This document shows, piece by piece, positions 24,301 to 32,712 of a stretch of DNA of 33,013 nt (position 1 is the stretch's first letter; the number at the start of each line of letters is the position of its first letter). The notes under the pieces were generated by a model. The model had not been told where the DNA came from and did no database searches. It saw nothing but the letters and a program-made list of their open reading frames with translations. Origin of the DNA: a virus; IMG/VR virus record IMGVR_UViG_3300045988_025432, positions 1 through 33,013 of that record. One strand, given 5' to 3'. The position numbers and the translations under genes are program-made.

Positions 24301-26880
24301 ATATCAGATGGAACATTAAAGTTTGAAACAAAGATAGATACAAGTGGTCTAGAGAATGGTATTAAATCTGTAAAGGTTGTATCAAGTGAAGCCACAAATG
24401 CTATTAAAGAAACTTCAAAAGCGATTGATAAGCTAGGTTCTGATGGTTCAAAAGCACCACCAAAGATTAAAGATAAACTTAAAGATTTAAACGAAGAGCA
24501 AAAGAATACACAGACAGAAACGCAAGAAACAGGTTCTAAATTTGATGTATTTAAGCAAGTAGGTAACAGTGCATTAGAATCAATTCAAGGTGGATTTGAT
24601 GGACTATTAGGAAAGATTCAGAATATTAGTCCGGAAGCTAGTGCAATCACTGAAACCTTAACAGGATTAGGCGTAGGAGGTGTTGTTGGTGTTACTGCCG
24701 TAGCCGGAGCTATTGGTGGAATGGCACTAGCAATTAAAACAGGTGTTAATCAAGCTATTGAATTAGATGACGCTATGGCTAAATTCCAAGCTCAGACAGG
24801 TGCTTCAAGTAATGAAATGAGCAAATTTAAAAACATTGCTCGTGATGTTTGGTCTAATAATTTCGGTGAAGATGTTTCAGATGTTGCCGATATGATGGGC
24901 AGAGTCAAGCAACAAATGCAAGGCATAAGTGATGTTGATTTAAAGGATGTTACTGAGGATTTATTGACATTAAGAGACACATTCGGAATGGACGAGAACG
25001 AAACATTAAGAGGTGCTCAACAATTAATGAAGCAGTTCGGAATTAGTTCTAAAGAAGCTTTTGACCTTATGGCTACAGGTGCTCAGAATGGTTTAAACAA
25101 ATCAGATGAGTTAGGCGACAACATTTCAGAATACTCCGGTAAATTCAAGCAAGCAGGATATTCGGCAGAAGAATACTTCCAATTAATGCAGAATGGATTA
25201 GATGGTGGAGCTTATAACCTTGATAAAGTAAATGACGCAATCAACGAAGTTACCACAAGGTTAGTCGATGGAACTATTGAAGGAGCTTTAGATAGTTTTG
25301 ATACCAAGACGCAAGATGTCTTTAAAGCTTGGCAAGAAGGAAGAGCAACTCAGAAAGATGTTGTGAATGCGATTGTTGAGGATATTTCTAAGACAACAAA
25401 TGAGCAAGAAAAGTTGAATAAATCGGCAACGGCTTTCGGTACAATGGGAGAAGATTTCAACGCCGGATTCATTCAGTCCTTAACGACAGTAGGGAATAAA
25501 TATAAAGATGTAGAAGGGGCAATGGATAAAGTCAAAGAAATTGCAAATGGTGGCTTAAAGAACGCTTTAAGTGGCTTAGGGCGTGCATTTCTTGATTCAT
25601 TTACTCCAATAGGCGAACTTATTACCCCTATTCTTGCAGGTATCATTGGATTGATTACAGTAGCTATACAAGGTATTCAACAAGGATTTGCTAAAGTTGG
25701 TGATGTAATTTCAAGTGTATTAAGTAAGATTGATACAAGTGGAATTACAGAATTAACAAGTCAAGTTTCCGAAGTGTTAGCACCTTCCTTTGATAAAGTA
25801 AAAGACGCAATCGACAAAATGAAAGTTGCACTTGAACCTATTGCAAAAGATATATTAAGCAAGATTATTGATGTAATTCAAAACATTGTGAATCAAGCTC
25901 AAAAGATTTTAACAGTGGTAGGTCCACCGATACTTTCTGTTTTAAAGAAAATCATTTCAACGGTTTCGGAATTTATGCCTTTAATCACATCTATATTGAC
26001 TATTGTCGGAAGTGTTGTAAGTGGAGTTATTTCATTTATAAATATGGTAGTCACATATACCGGAACGGCAATCGCAACGGCAATGGGATTTATCATGCCT
26101 ATTGTTCAAATCATAGCTACAATCGTAGCGAATATTTGGTCTGTAATATTAACGGTTGCTCAGAATATTTGGAGCAAAGTTAGCGAAGTAGTTACTGCCA
26201 TTATTGGATTCGTAAGCAATTTGTTTAAAACAGTTTCGGACATCATAAACAATATTTGGAGCAAGATTCAAGACGCAATGAATAGAGTCGGCGATAAGGT
26301 AAAAGGTGTTATTGATAATATCAATAAATATTTCAATAATGTTAAGAGTACTGTTTCTGATGTATTCAATGGCATTTGGTCTAAGGTCCAAGGTGTGATG
26401 GACAATGTAGGAAATAAAATTTCAAATGTTCTACAAGGAATACAGAATTCATGGAGCGGTTTAAAAGGATTTGTAAGTGGTGTATTTGGTGGAATTGAAG
26501 GAGCAGTTAGTTCATTAGTTGGAAGTGTAAAAGGAATGGTAAATGGTGTTATCGGTGGTATTAACGGTGCAATCGGTATCATTAATAAAATCCCGGGAGT
26601 TCACATTGGAAGGATTCCAAGACTAGAGCGTGGCGGTGTATTGAAGCGTGGTCAAATCGGTTTATTAGAAGGTAATGGAGCAGAAGCAGTCGTACCATTA
26701 GAAAAAAATAAAGCGTGGATTCGTGCCGTAGCTAAAGATATGGTCCAAATCATGCCTAGTGTAACAACAAATAACAACGGACAGACTATCAACTTCTACA
26801 ATAAAGTTCAAAGTCCGGATGAAATCGCTAGAATGTTACGTATGCAAGCAAGATATGGATATGGAGGTGTAGTTCAATAG
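24301..26880 (+). CDS. Tape measure protein, predicted ATA start
   Basis: Length, a Gly/Ala/Val-rich TM-like core, and repeated NIWSK motifs. The frame opens exactly at ATA 24301 (preceded by TGA). The next 140 codons ((M)SDGTLKFETKIDTSGLENGIK.., a typical TMP N-terminus) contain no in-frame ATG/GTG/TTG. The AAGGAGGTGG SD is 8-11 nt upstream. Confidence 0.85.
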   Translation: MSDGTLKFETKIDTSGLENGIKSVKVVSSEATNAIKETSKAIDKLGSDGSKAPPKIKDKLKDLNEEQKNTQTETQETGSKFDVFKQVGNSALESIQGGFDGLLGKIQNISPEASAITETLTGLGVGGVVGVTAVAGAIGGMALAIKTGVNQAIELDDAMAKFQAQTGASSNEMSKFKNIARDVWSNNFGEDVSDVADMMGRVKQQMQGISDVDLKDVTEDLLTLRDTFGMDENETLRGAQQLMKQFGISSKEAFDLMATGAQNGLNKSDELGDNISEYSGKFKQAGYSAEEYFQLMQNGLDGGAYNLDKVNDAINEVTTRLVDGTIEGALDSFDTKTQDVFKAWQEGRATQKDVVNAIVEDISKTTNEQEKLNKSATAFGTMGEDFNAGFIQSLTTVGNKYKDVEGAMDKVKEIANGGLKNALSGLGRAFLDSFTPIGELITPILAGIIGLITVAIQGIQQGFAKVGDVISSVLSKIDTSGITELTSQVSEVLAPSFDKVKDAIDKMKVALEPIAKDILSKIIDVIQNIVNQAQKILTVVGPPILSVLKKIISTVSEFMPLITSILTIVGSVVSGVISFINMVVTYTGTAIATAMGFIMPIVQIIATIVANIWSVILTVAQNIWSKVSEVVTAIIGFVSNLFKTVSDIINNIWSKIQDAMNRVGDKVKGVIDNINKYFNNVKSTVSDVFNGIWSKVQGVMDNVGNKISNVLQGIQNSWSGLKGFVSGVFGGIEGAVSSLVGSVKGMVNGVIGGINGAIGIINKIPGVHIGRIPRLERGGVLKRGQIGLLEGNGAEAVVPLEKNKAWIRAVAKDMVQIMPSVTTNNNGQTINFYNKVQSPDEIARMLRMQARYGYGGVVQ

Positions 26881-27746
26881 ATATCAATAAAGTAAGAGTT
26901 ATTGTCCGTAGGGATGATGGCAAAGAATTTGAAATTGATAACAAAAGATGGAGAATACCGTCTAGTGATGGCTTAGATGGATTTGATTATGTAGCACCTT
27001 CATATACTACCCAAGACAATGCATTCGGAAATGGTGCTAGATTAATTGGTTCACGTATTCCAACGAAAGAAAGAAGCGTGAAAGCTACCTTTAAAGGCTC
27101 GCTAGAAGAAAAAAGAGAAGAAAGGGAGAAGCTACGGCGCTTCTTCCAATATTCTCATATATTTGATGTGATAGTTGAGTACATGGGAGAAAAGAAATAT
27201 TGTAGAGGTCGTTTATATGCGTATAGCTTGCCTACAGTTAACATCTACAAAGATTTAGAGCTTAACTTTACAATTCTATGCACACAACCTTTATTGCTTT
27301 CATTTGATGATTTTGCAAGGAATATCGCAGAAATTGGTGAAGGTTTAGCGTTCAACTTTGAAATACCGGAGACAGGTGTAAACTTTGGAACATTTACATT
27401 CGCTAGAGAAATCTATATTGATAATCAAGGTGATACAGAAACATACTGTAGAGCCGTTATTGAAGCGTTTGGAGAAGTAACGAATCCAAAACTATTTAAC
27501 AAGGATAAATATATTCGTGTATTAGATACACTACACAATGGTGATGTATTAGAAATTGATTTAGTTTCTGAGCCTATTTCGATTAAAAAGAATGGTGTGA
27601 ATTGTATCGGCAAAGTTGACAGAACCTCATCATTCAATGATATGACGATTCAGTTAGGTGAGAATATCATAGGATATACGGCAGACAATGGAGATACGAA
27701 TCTAGCTTGCACGGTTTATTACAATGAAAGGTATTTAGGTTTATAG
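26877..27746 (+). CDS. Distal tail protein (Dit-like), predicted ATA start
   Basis: Follows the TMP gene. 67 coding-looking codons ((M)DINKVRVIVRRDDGKEFEIDNKRWRIPSSDGLDGFD..) precede the track's GTG 27078 with no canonical start. ATA 26877 overlaps the TMP stop (ATAG) 9 nt after GGAGG. Confidence 0.7.
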   Translation: MDINKVRVIVRRDDGKEFEIDNKRWRIPSSDGLDGFDYVAPSYTTQDNAFGNGARLIGSRIPTKERSVKATFKGSLEEKREEREKLRRFFQYSHIFDVIVEYMGEKKYCRGRLYAYSLPTVNIYKDLELNFTILCTQPLLLSFDDFARNIAEIGEGLAFNFEIPETGVNFGTFTFAREIYIDNQGDTETYCRAVIEAFGEVTNPKLFNKDKYIRVLDTLHNGDVLEIDLVSEPISIKKNGVNCIGKVDRTSSFNDMTIQLGENIIGYTADNGDTNLACTVYYNERYLGL

Positions 27747-27747
27747 T

Positions 27748-28761
27748 ATGTCTTATTTTGGATTAGATAAAGATTTCAATATTGTTACACATCTAGCACC
27801 TTATAACGTGCAGTGGAATAGACGATATTATGAAACAGGAGATTTCGAGATTTATATTGATATAGGGCAGTATTCAAGCGATATTAAATATATTTATTCA
27901 ACTGAGGACAAAGAGCTAGGAATTGTAGAAATACCACATTATTCGGTTTCAAATAACACGAAACAAATGTTGTTAAAAGGTTCTTTCTTTGAAAAGATTC
28001 TAGCAGATGATTGTATTTATCCTACATTTGCAAGTAGTGGAAAAATTGTTGATGTAGTCAAAAAGCTATTAGACAAGTATTGCTCATGGGAAATGGGGTA
28101 TAGATATGATGAATCCATTACCGATAGAGTAGACTTTCAAGAAACAGGAGAAAACCTTGACAAGAAGTTATATGAGTTACTCTATCCGTTAGAATTATCT
28201 TTCCGTATAGAATATGACTATGTGTCAAGTACGTTCACATTCGTGTTGTATAGAGGTCGTGACTTAACTCAGAACAACGTAGATGGAAACAACTTTGTCA
28301 CATTCTCTACAGAGTTTGGAAACATTGAAGAACCGGATGTAATGATTGACTCAAGCAAATACAAGAACTATGCTATCATTTGTGGTGAAGGGCAATCAGA
28401 AGAGCGTATTTATGTTGAATATGACGCTAGAATAGATAAGAATGAAAAAATCAAAAAGTTGTTCGTAGACGCACGTTCTGAGCGTATGGGGGATGATGTG
28501 ACACTTGAGGATTACAAGAAAGCATTGATTCAAAAAGGAATTGAAAAACTAGCAGATTGTCAAATTCAAGAAAATGTGAATTTTGGATTGAATACTGATT
28601 CATACGAATACAAGGTTGATTTCGATTTAGGTGATAAAGTTGATGTTATAGTAGCAGATATTGGACTAGTAATGACTGCGAGAATTAGAAATATATTTGA
28701 AGTCATTAAAAGTGGATATAGAACCTTAGAATTAGAGGTTGATAATTTAAAAATCATGTAA
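27748..28761 (+). CDS. Tail-associated (Tal-like / ReqiPepy6 Gp37-like) protein
   Basis: Position after Dit, 337 aa. Family call from weak recollection of the N-terminal pattern. Confidence 0.5.
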   Translation: MSYFGLDKDFNIVTHLAPYNVQWNRRYYETGDFEIYIDIGQYSSDIKYIYSTEDKELGIVEIPHYSVSNNTKQMLLKGSFFEKILADDCIYPTFASSGKIVDVVKKLLDKYCSWEMGYRYDESITDRVDFQETGENLDKKLYELLYPLELSFRIEYDYVSSTFTFVLYRGRDLTQNNVDGNNFVTFSTEFGNIEEPDVMIDSSKYKNYAIICGEGQSEERIYVEYDARIDKNEKIKKLFVDARSERMGDDVTLEDYKKALIQKGIEKLADCQIQENVNFGLNTDSYEYKVDFDLGDKVDVIVADIGLVMTARIRNIFEVIKSGYRTLELEVDNLKIM

Positions 28762-28773
28762 GGAGTGAATTTA

Positions 28774-29274
28774 ATAGAAAAGAAAAATGGAGGATTTAAA
28801 CAAATAGCAAGAAGTATGTTTTTTCTAGATAAGATTAATGCAATGTGTGGTGTTGCCGTAGCCGTATTAACATACGTATTAGGTGAACATTGGTATTTAT
28901 TCGCATTCTTCTTATTTATGAATGTAGTGGATTATATTACAGGGTGCATGAAATCGGCGATTAATCACAAAATCAATAGCAATAAAGGATGGATTGGAGT
29001 CCTTAAAAAGCTAGGCTATTGGATTATGATTGTAGTTGCGTTCACATTCAGTGCATTCTTGGTTGAGATTGGAAAAATGCTAGGAATTGATTTCCATGTA
29101 TCTACATTGTTAGGTTGGTTTGTGTTAGCTTCGCTATGTATTAATGAATCTCGTAGTGTTATGGAGAATTTATTACAATGTGGTTACAATGTACCAAAAG
29201 CATTAACTAAAGGTTTGGAAGTAGCGGATAAAATCGTTAACGAAGACAATGACGAATCAAGTACCTTGGAATAA
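28774..29274 (+). CDS. Holin (phage_holin_4-type), predicted ATA start
   Basis: Several TM helices plus GWIGVLKKLGYW and the INESRSVMENL motif typical of this holin family. AGGAG 28761-28765 overlaps the track's GTG 28765 and lies 8 nt before in-frame ATA 28774 (context TTAATAGAA). Confidence 0.7.
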   Translation: MEKKNGGFKQIARSMFFLDKINAMCGVAVAVLTYVLGEHWYLFAFFLFMNVVDYITGCMKSAINHKINSNKGWIGVLKKLGYWIMIVVAFTFSAFLVEIGKMLGIDFHVSTLLGWFVLASLCINESRSVMENLLQCGYNVPKALTKGLEVADKIVNEDNDESSTLE

Positions 29275-29515
29275 GATTATTTTAGAAGAGTTCATTAATC
29301 TAGCTTTATTAACTAAAGATGAAGAAATGATTCTAAGAACAAGAATATACGGATGGACAGTTAGAGAACAAGCCGACAAATTAAATATGAGTGTTTCTAG
29401 TGTGAATAGAATTATTAAAAGGATTAAGAACAAGTATGATGAAGTAGAGAAGTATAGCGCAGTCCTACCACCAAGAAAAAGCAGTGAAAAAGAAACGTAT
29501 TTAGATGAGAATTAA
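29249..29515 (+). CDS. Small sigma-region-4/HTH regulator
   Basis: LTKDEEMILRTRIYGWTVREQADKLNMSVSSVNRIIKRIKNKY is a region-4-type HTH. It overlaps the holin 3' end by 26 nt. Weak SD, so the start is uncertain. Confidence 0.45.
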   Translation: MTNQVPWNKIILEEFINLALLTKDEEMILRTRIYGWTVREQADKLNMSVSSVNRIIKRIKNKYDEVEKYSAVLPPRKSSEKETYLDEN

Positions 29516-29540
29516 GAGGTTGAAAGACCTCTTTTTTTTG
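29514..29540 (+). terminator. Rho-independent terminator
   Basis: AAGAGGT (29514-29520) pairs with ACCTCTT (29527-29533), 6-nt loop, T8 tract. Confidence 0.7.
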
Positions 29541-29548
29541 ATATTTAT

Positions 29549-29593
29549 TTGACATTAATGTGGAAACAAATTGAAATTGCTCATGAATATAAT
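29549..29593 (+). promoter_or_regulatory. Candidate promoter(s) for the accessory cassette
   Basis: TTGACA 29549-29554, 17 nt, then TGAAAT. Also TGaaTATAAT at 29584-29593. Located between a terminator and the next SD. Confidence 0.4.
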
Positions 29594-29617
29594 TAAAGGT
29601 GTAAAGAGGTGAGCGAA

Positions 29618-30043
29618 ATGTATAATCCAATTAATGACAGAATTAACAATTTAATGAATCAAAAGCAAATGATTGAATCGCAATTACAAAACATTCAACA
29701 ACTAGCGAATATTCCACCTATTAACATCAACAACCAAATCACGCCTAACATGGCATTGAATGATTTTAATGGTAAGTGGGTCAATAATGAACAAGAAGCA
29801 AGGAATATGATGGTGAATGGTTTGCCTAGTATTATGCTAGATAGAAATGATTCAGTATTCTATATGAAGTCATTAGACGGCAGTTTCAAAAAATACAGAT
29901 TCCAAGAAGAAACAGAACCGAAGAAAGATGGTATAGAACAACGCTTAGACAAGCTAGAAGCTATGATATTAGGTCTAACAAACGGAAGCAATATAAATAC
30001 AAAGGCAGAGAAAGAAACGCCTAGAAAGGAGCTTAAAGCGTGA
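29618..30043 (+). CDS. Hypothetical protein (accessory cassette gene 1)
   Basis: ATG 6-7 nt after AAAGAGGTG. Q/N-rich N-terminus; no family recognised. Confidence 0.5.
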   Translation: MYNPINDRINNLMNQKQMIESQLQNIQQLANIPPININNQITPNMALNDFNGKWVNNEQEARNMMVNGLPSIMLDRNDSVFYMKSLDGSFKKYRFQEETEPKKDGIEQRLDKLEAMILGLTNGSNINTKAEKETPRKELKA

Positions 30044-30249
30044 ATCCTTTAATGAATATGATGAACCCTCAACAAATGTTGTTGGGTATGTTACAACAAA
30101 GAAATCCACAAGCATTTAATCAAGTTCAACAATTAATGCAATGTGGGCAGAATCCCCAAGTATTGCTTAATAATATGATGGGGCAGTTAACGCCACAACA
30201 AAAACAACAATTTGAAAATGTGGCTAGTCAATATGGGCTAAAACGCTAA
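30040..30249 (+). CDS. Small Met/Gln/Asn-rich protein (accessory cassette gene 2)
   Basis: GTG start in a GTGA overlap, 8 nt after AGGAG. Low-complexity MNPLMNMMNPQQMLLGMLQQRNPQ. Confidence 0.45.
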   Translation: MNPLMNMMNPQQMLLGMLQQRNPQAFNQVQQLMQCGQNPQVLLNNMMGQLTPQQKQQFENVASQYGLKR

Positions 30250-30273
30250 TTGCGTTGAAAGGAGGAAATATAA

Positions 30274-30885
30274 ATGGAAAGCATGAATGGTATTCAACCA
30301 ATGTACGATTTAGCAGACAGAAACAACAATGAATTTGGTGGAGGATATTGGATTTGGATTATCCTGTTATTCTTGTTATTTGGTGGAAATTGGGGTAACA
30401 ATGGAAACTTGCAAAATGACGAATTAATGAATCAAGAATTTATTAAACGTGATTTGTTCAACACAAATCAGAATGTATCTAGCCAAGGTTTCCAAAATTC
30501 AAGAGACATTCTAGAAAGCCGATACACGACACAATTGGGTTTACAGAATCTAGGTCAACAGAACCAAGAATGTTGTTGTGCGACGCAAAGAGCGATTGAT
30601 GGTGTAAATACACAAGGCTTCAAAAACACGTGTGATATTACCACTGCAATCCATGCAGAAGGCGAAGCAACAAGAGCATTGATTAATGCTAACACAATGC
30701 AAGAATTACGTGATAAATTAGCAGACAGTGACAGAGATTTATTAACTGCAAACTTCCAATTAAGTCAACAGGCGCAATCTGCTAATATCATCAATACATT
30801 ACAACCAACGCCAAAGCCTGCATATCTTACTTGCTCACCTTATTATGCATACAATATGACAGGTTGTGGATGTAACCAAATCTAG
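30274..30885 (+). CDS. Membrane-anchored Cys-containing protein (accessory cassette gene 3)
   Basis: Strong SD. GGGYWIWIILLFLLFGGNWGNNG TM/Gly-rich segment reminiscent of tiny YjcZ-like sporulation peptides, then a Q/N-rich domain with a CCC motif and a C-terminal CGC. Confidence 0.5.
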   Translation: MESMNGIQPMYDLADRNNNEFGGGYWIWIILLFLLFGGNWGNNGNLQNDELMNQEFIKRDLFNTNQNVSSQGFQNSRDILESRYTTQLGLQNLGQQNQECCCATQRAIDGVNTQGFKNTCDITTAIHAEGEATRALINANTMQELRDKLADSDRDLLTANFQLSQQAQSANIINTLQPTPKPAYLTCSPYYAYNMTGCGCNQI

Positions 30886-30968
30886 CTCGAAAGAGATTAG
30901 GCAATAGCCTTTGGATTATAGGGTAGTCGAAAGGCTACCCATTTATTTTATATAGGAGGAAAAGAAAA

Positions 30969-31388
30969 ATGATTAATAGTATAGCAACGGCAATTCAGAC
31001 AGTAGCAAATGGACAAAATGTATTATTTCCAACGGATAGAGTAAGGACGAAATCTTGTCAATGTGCTTGTAAAGGTTGGCTCGCTCATGATGTAGGAAGT
31101 GGATTATTTACGTTAACAAAACAAGGAATCTATGAGGTAGAATATACGGCAGATATTACAAGCGCAACGGTAGGAGTCGCTTCTTTAGAATTAGAACAGA
31201 ATGGAGAAGCAGTAGGAGGAACAGAATCTTTATATAACGTAGCTACTGCAAGTGCATATGGAAATGTTAGTGGAGCTACATTGATTCAAGTACCTTGTGG
31301 AGCTTCTTACACAATCACGCTAGGAAATAACAGTGGCTTAGATTTATCTGTTCAAAATGCAAATATCATCATTAAGAAATTAGCGTAG
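30969..31388 (+). CDS. BclA C-terminal-domain-like (C1q/TNF-like jelly-roll) protein
   Basis: FTLTKQGIYEVEYTADITSATVG..LEQNGEAVGGTES..ANIIIKKLA parallels B. anthracis BclA-CTD FVISETGFYKITVIANTATAS..IQVNGVPVPGTGS..ASIIIEKVA (from memory). No collagen-like region. Confidence 0.55.
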   Translation: MINSIATAIQTVANGQNVLFPTDRVRTKSCQCACKGWLAHDVGSGLFTLTKQGIYEVEYTADITSATVGVASLELEQNGEAVGGTESLYNVATASAYGNVSGATLIQVPCGASYTITLGNNSGLDLSVQNANIIIKKLA

Positions 31389-31395
31389 GTGTATC

Positions 31396-31833
31396 ATGCA
31401 AGAGGTTAGAAAAAGGAATCTAGACCTCTTAACGGAAGCAATGAGAGGACTAGAAAAAGGATACAATGATTTAGATTTTAAAGTCATGAGCCAAGCTTTA
31501 GACAATATCAAAGATATTGATACAATACTAGCTATGAGTGATGGAAGAACGGCTATAAACGCATTAAGAACAAATGATACAGATATTGAAGGAACAGAAA
31601 TTGATGACAATATCGCATTGATGAATAGCCATTTTAGAAAATACATAGAAGCAAAAAAAGAATATCGAAAAGATAATAATGAAATAGATAAGCGAAATTC
31701 TATTCGTGAATTGGAAGCTTTCTTAAGCGCTATGTATGGAATTTTAGAAGAAATGAAAACGTCTAGTGATTTTCAAGAAGAAAGAGAAATGGTAAGAGAT
31801 AAATTAAGAGAAATGTTCTCAGTATATCAGTGA
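31396..31833 (+). CDS. Hypothetical helical protein (accessory cassette gene 5)
   Basis: ATG after TAGGTG; no family recognised. Confidence 0.5.
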   Translation: MQEVRKRNLDLLTEAMRGLEKGYNDLDFKVMSQALDNIKDIDTILAMSDGRTAINALRTNDTDIEGTEIDDNIALMNSHFRKYIEAKKEYRKDNNEIDKRNSIRELEAFLSAMYGILEEMKTSSDFQEEREMVRDKLREMFSVYQ

Positions 31834-31847
31834 CAAAAAACCTCTTT

Positions 31848-31860
31848 TATGTGCTATAAT
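31848..31860 (+). promoter_or_regulatory. Extended -10 promoter TATGTGCTATAAT upstream of the endolysin gene
   Basis: Perfect TGcTATAAT at 31852-31860. The same 13-mer recurs at 32713-32725. Confidence 0.55.
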
Positions 31861-31883
31861 TGGCATATAAAGGAGGATTTTTA

Positions 31884-32645
31884 ATAGATTATCAAAGCTT
31901 TAAAAAAGCCGTATTAGGCAAAGCATTCGATTTAGACCATGCATATGGTGCTCAGTGTTGGGATGGAGGCATGAAATATTTAATCGATTTAGGCTACAAA
32001 GCTATCCATTGTACAACAACTGGCTATGTAAAAGATATTTGGAATAATCGAAAGACAAATGGAATTTTAAACTATTGTAATGAGGTCTCAATTATGCAAC
32101 CTGGTGACATTGCAGTATTCAAGGAAGTAGCAGGATGGACACCGTATTCACACATTGCGATTTTCGATTCAGACATTGATGGTAAGTTCGGTTGGTTCTT
32201 AGGACAGAACCAAGGTGGAAAAGGTGGAGCATTCAATTTAATTAAATTGCCTTATTATGCAACCTTTGATACTGCGTTTAGACCTAAATGTTTCGCAAAT
32301 ACAGGAGCAGTTAAACCAAGTATTCCACAACCTGTAGAAGCAATTGACCAAATCTTGCACGCAGGAAGCTACGTAACATCCGTACAAATGAAGATTGGCA
32401 ATCAAGGATTGAAACAAATCAATGGCGATTTATGCGCATACCTTGCACAATTAGGTGGTTGGTTTCCAATTCGTTTAGTCGACAAAGTTCGCTATTCTGA
32501 TGGATATAATGATAACGTATTGCATACAACAAATGCCGTTGTCTATGTTACAAGAATTCGTGTTGATGAAGTCAACGTACAAAAGAATCTTGCGAAAATC
32601 GGTGGAATTTGGGTAAATTGTGACCCATTAATTGAAGTAGCATAA
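31884..32645 (+). CDS. CHAP-domain endolysin with a C-terminal cell-wall-binding domain, predicted ATA start
   Basis: DLDHAYGAQCWDGG (catalytic Cys) and YSHIAIFDS (His) are CHAP motifs. AGGAGG 31871-31876 lies 7 nt before in-frame ATA 31884 (TTAATAGAT). The track's TTG 31860 lies inside the -10 hexamer and upstream of the SD. Confidence 0.8.
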   Translation: MDYQSFKKAVLGKAFDLDHAYGAQCWDGGMKYLIDLGYKAIHCTTTGYVKDIWNNRKTNGILNYCNEVSIMQPGDIAVFKEVAGWTPYSHIAIFDSDIDGKFGWFLGQNQGGKGGAFNLIKLPYYATFDTAFRPKCFANTGAVKPSIPQPVEAIDQILHAGSYVTSVQMKIGNQGLKQINGDLCAYLAQLGGWFPIRLVDKVRYSDGYNDNVLHTTNAVVYVTRIRVDEVNVQKNLAKIGGIWVNCDPLIEVA

Positions 32646-32681
32646 ATTACATATAAAACATTCAACTATTTTTCGTATATT

Positions 32682-32710
32682 AGACCGTATAATTCTGTAC
32701 GGTCTTTGTT
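32682..32710 (+). terminator. Rho-independent terminator after the endolysin gene
   Basis: AGACCGTA (32682-32689) pairs with TACGGTCT (32698-32705), 8-nt loop, TTTGTT tail. Confidence 0.65.
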
Positions 32711-32712
32711 TA

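Noticed and set aside
82-31646. All minus-strand ORFs in the six-frame track (for example 82-420, 8845-9286, 18362-18697, 26268-26582, 31380-31646)
   Set aside because: Each lies antisense inside a well-supported + strand gene. None has an SD. Their compositions are typical of shadow frames of AT-rich coding DNA (Leu/Phe/Ser/Ile-rich). No strand switch or divergent promoter is visible.
3820-31862. Track-predicted GTG/TTG starts at 3820, 7552, 28765 and 31860
   Set aside because: Three of them overlap the GGAGG/AGGAG Shine-Dalgarno sequence itself. The fourth lies inside the TATAAT -10 hexamer upstream of the SD. In each case an in-frame ATA sits at 7-8 nt spacing, so I preferred the ATA. The canonical codons cannot be excluded without protein data.
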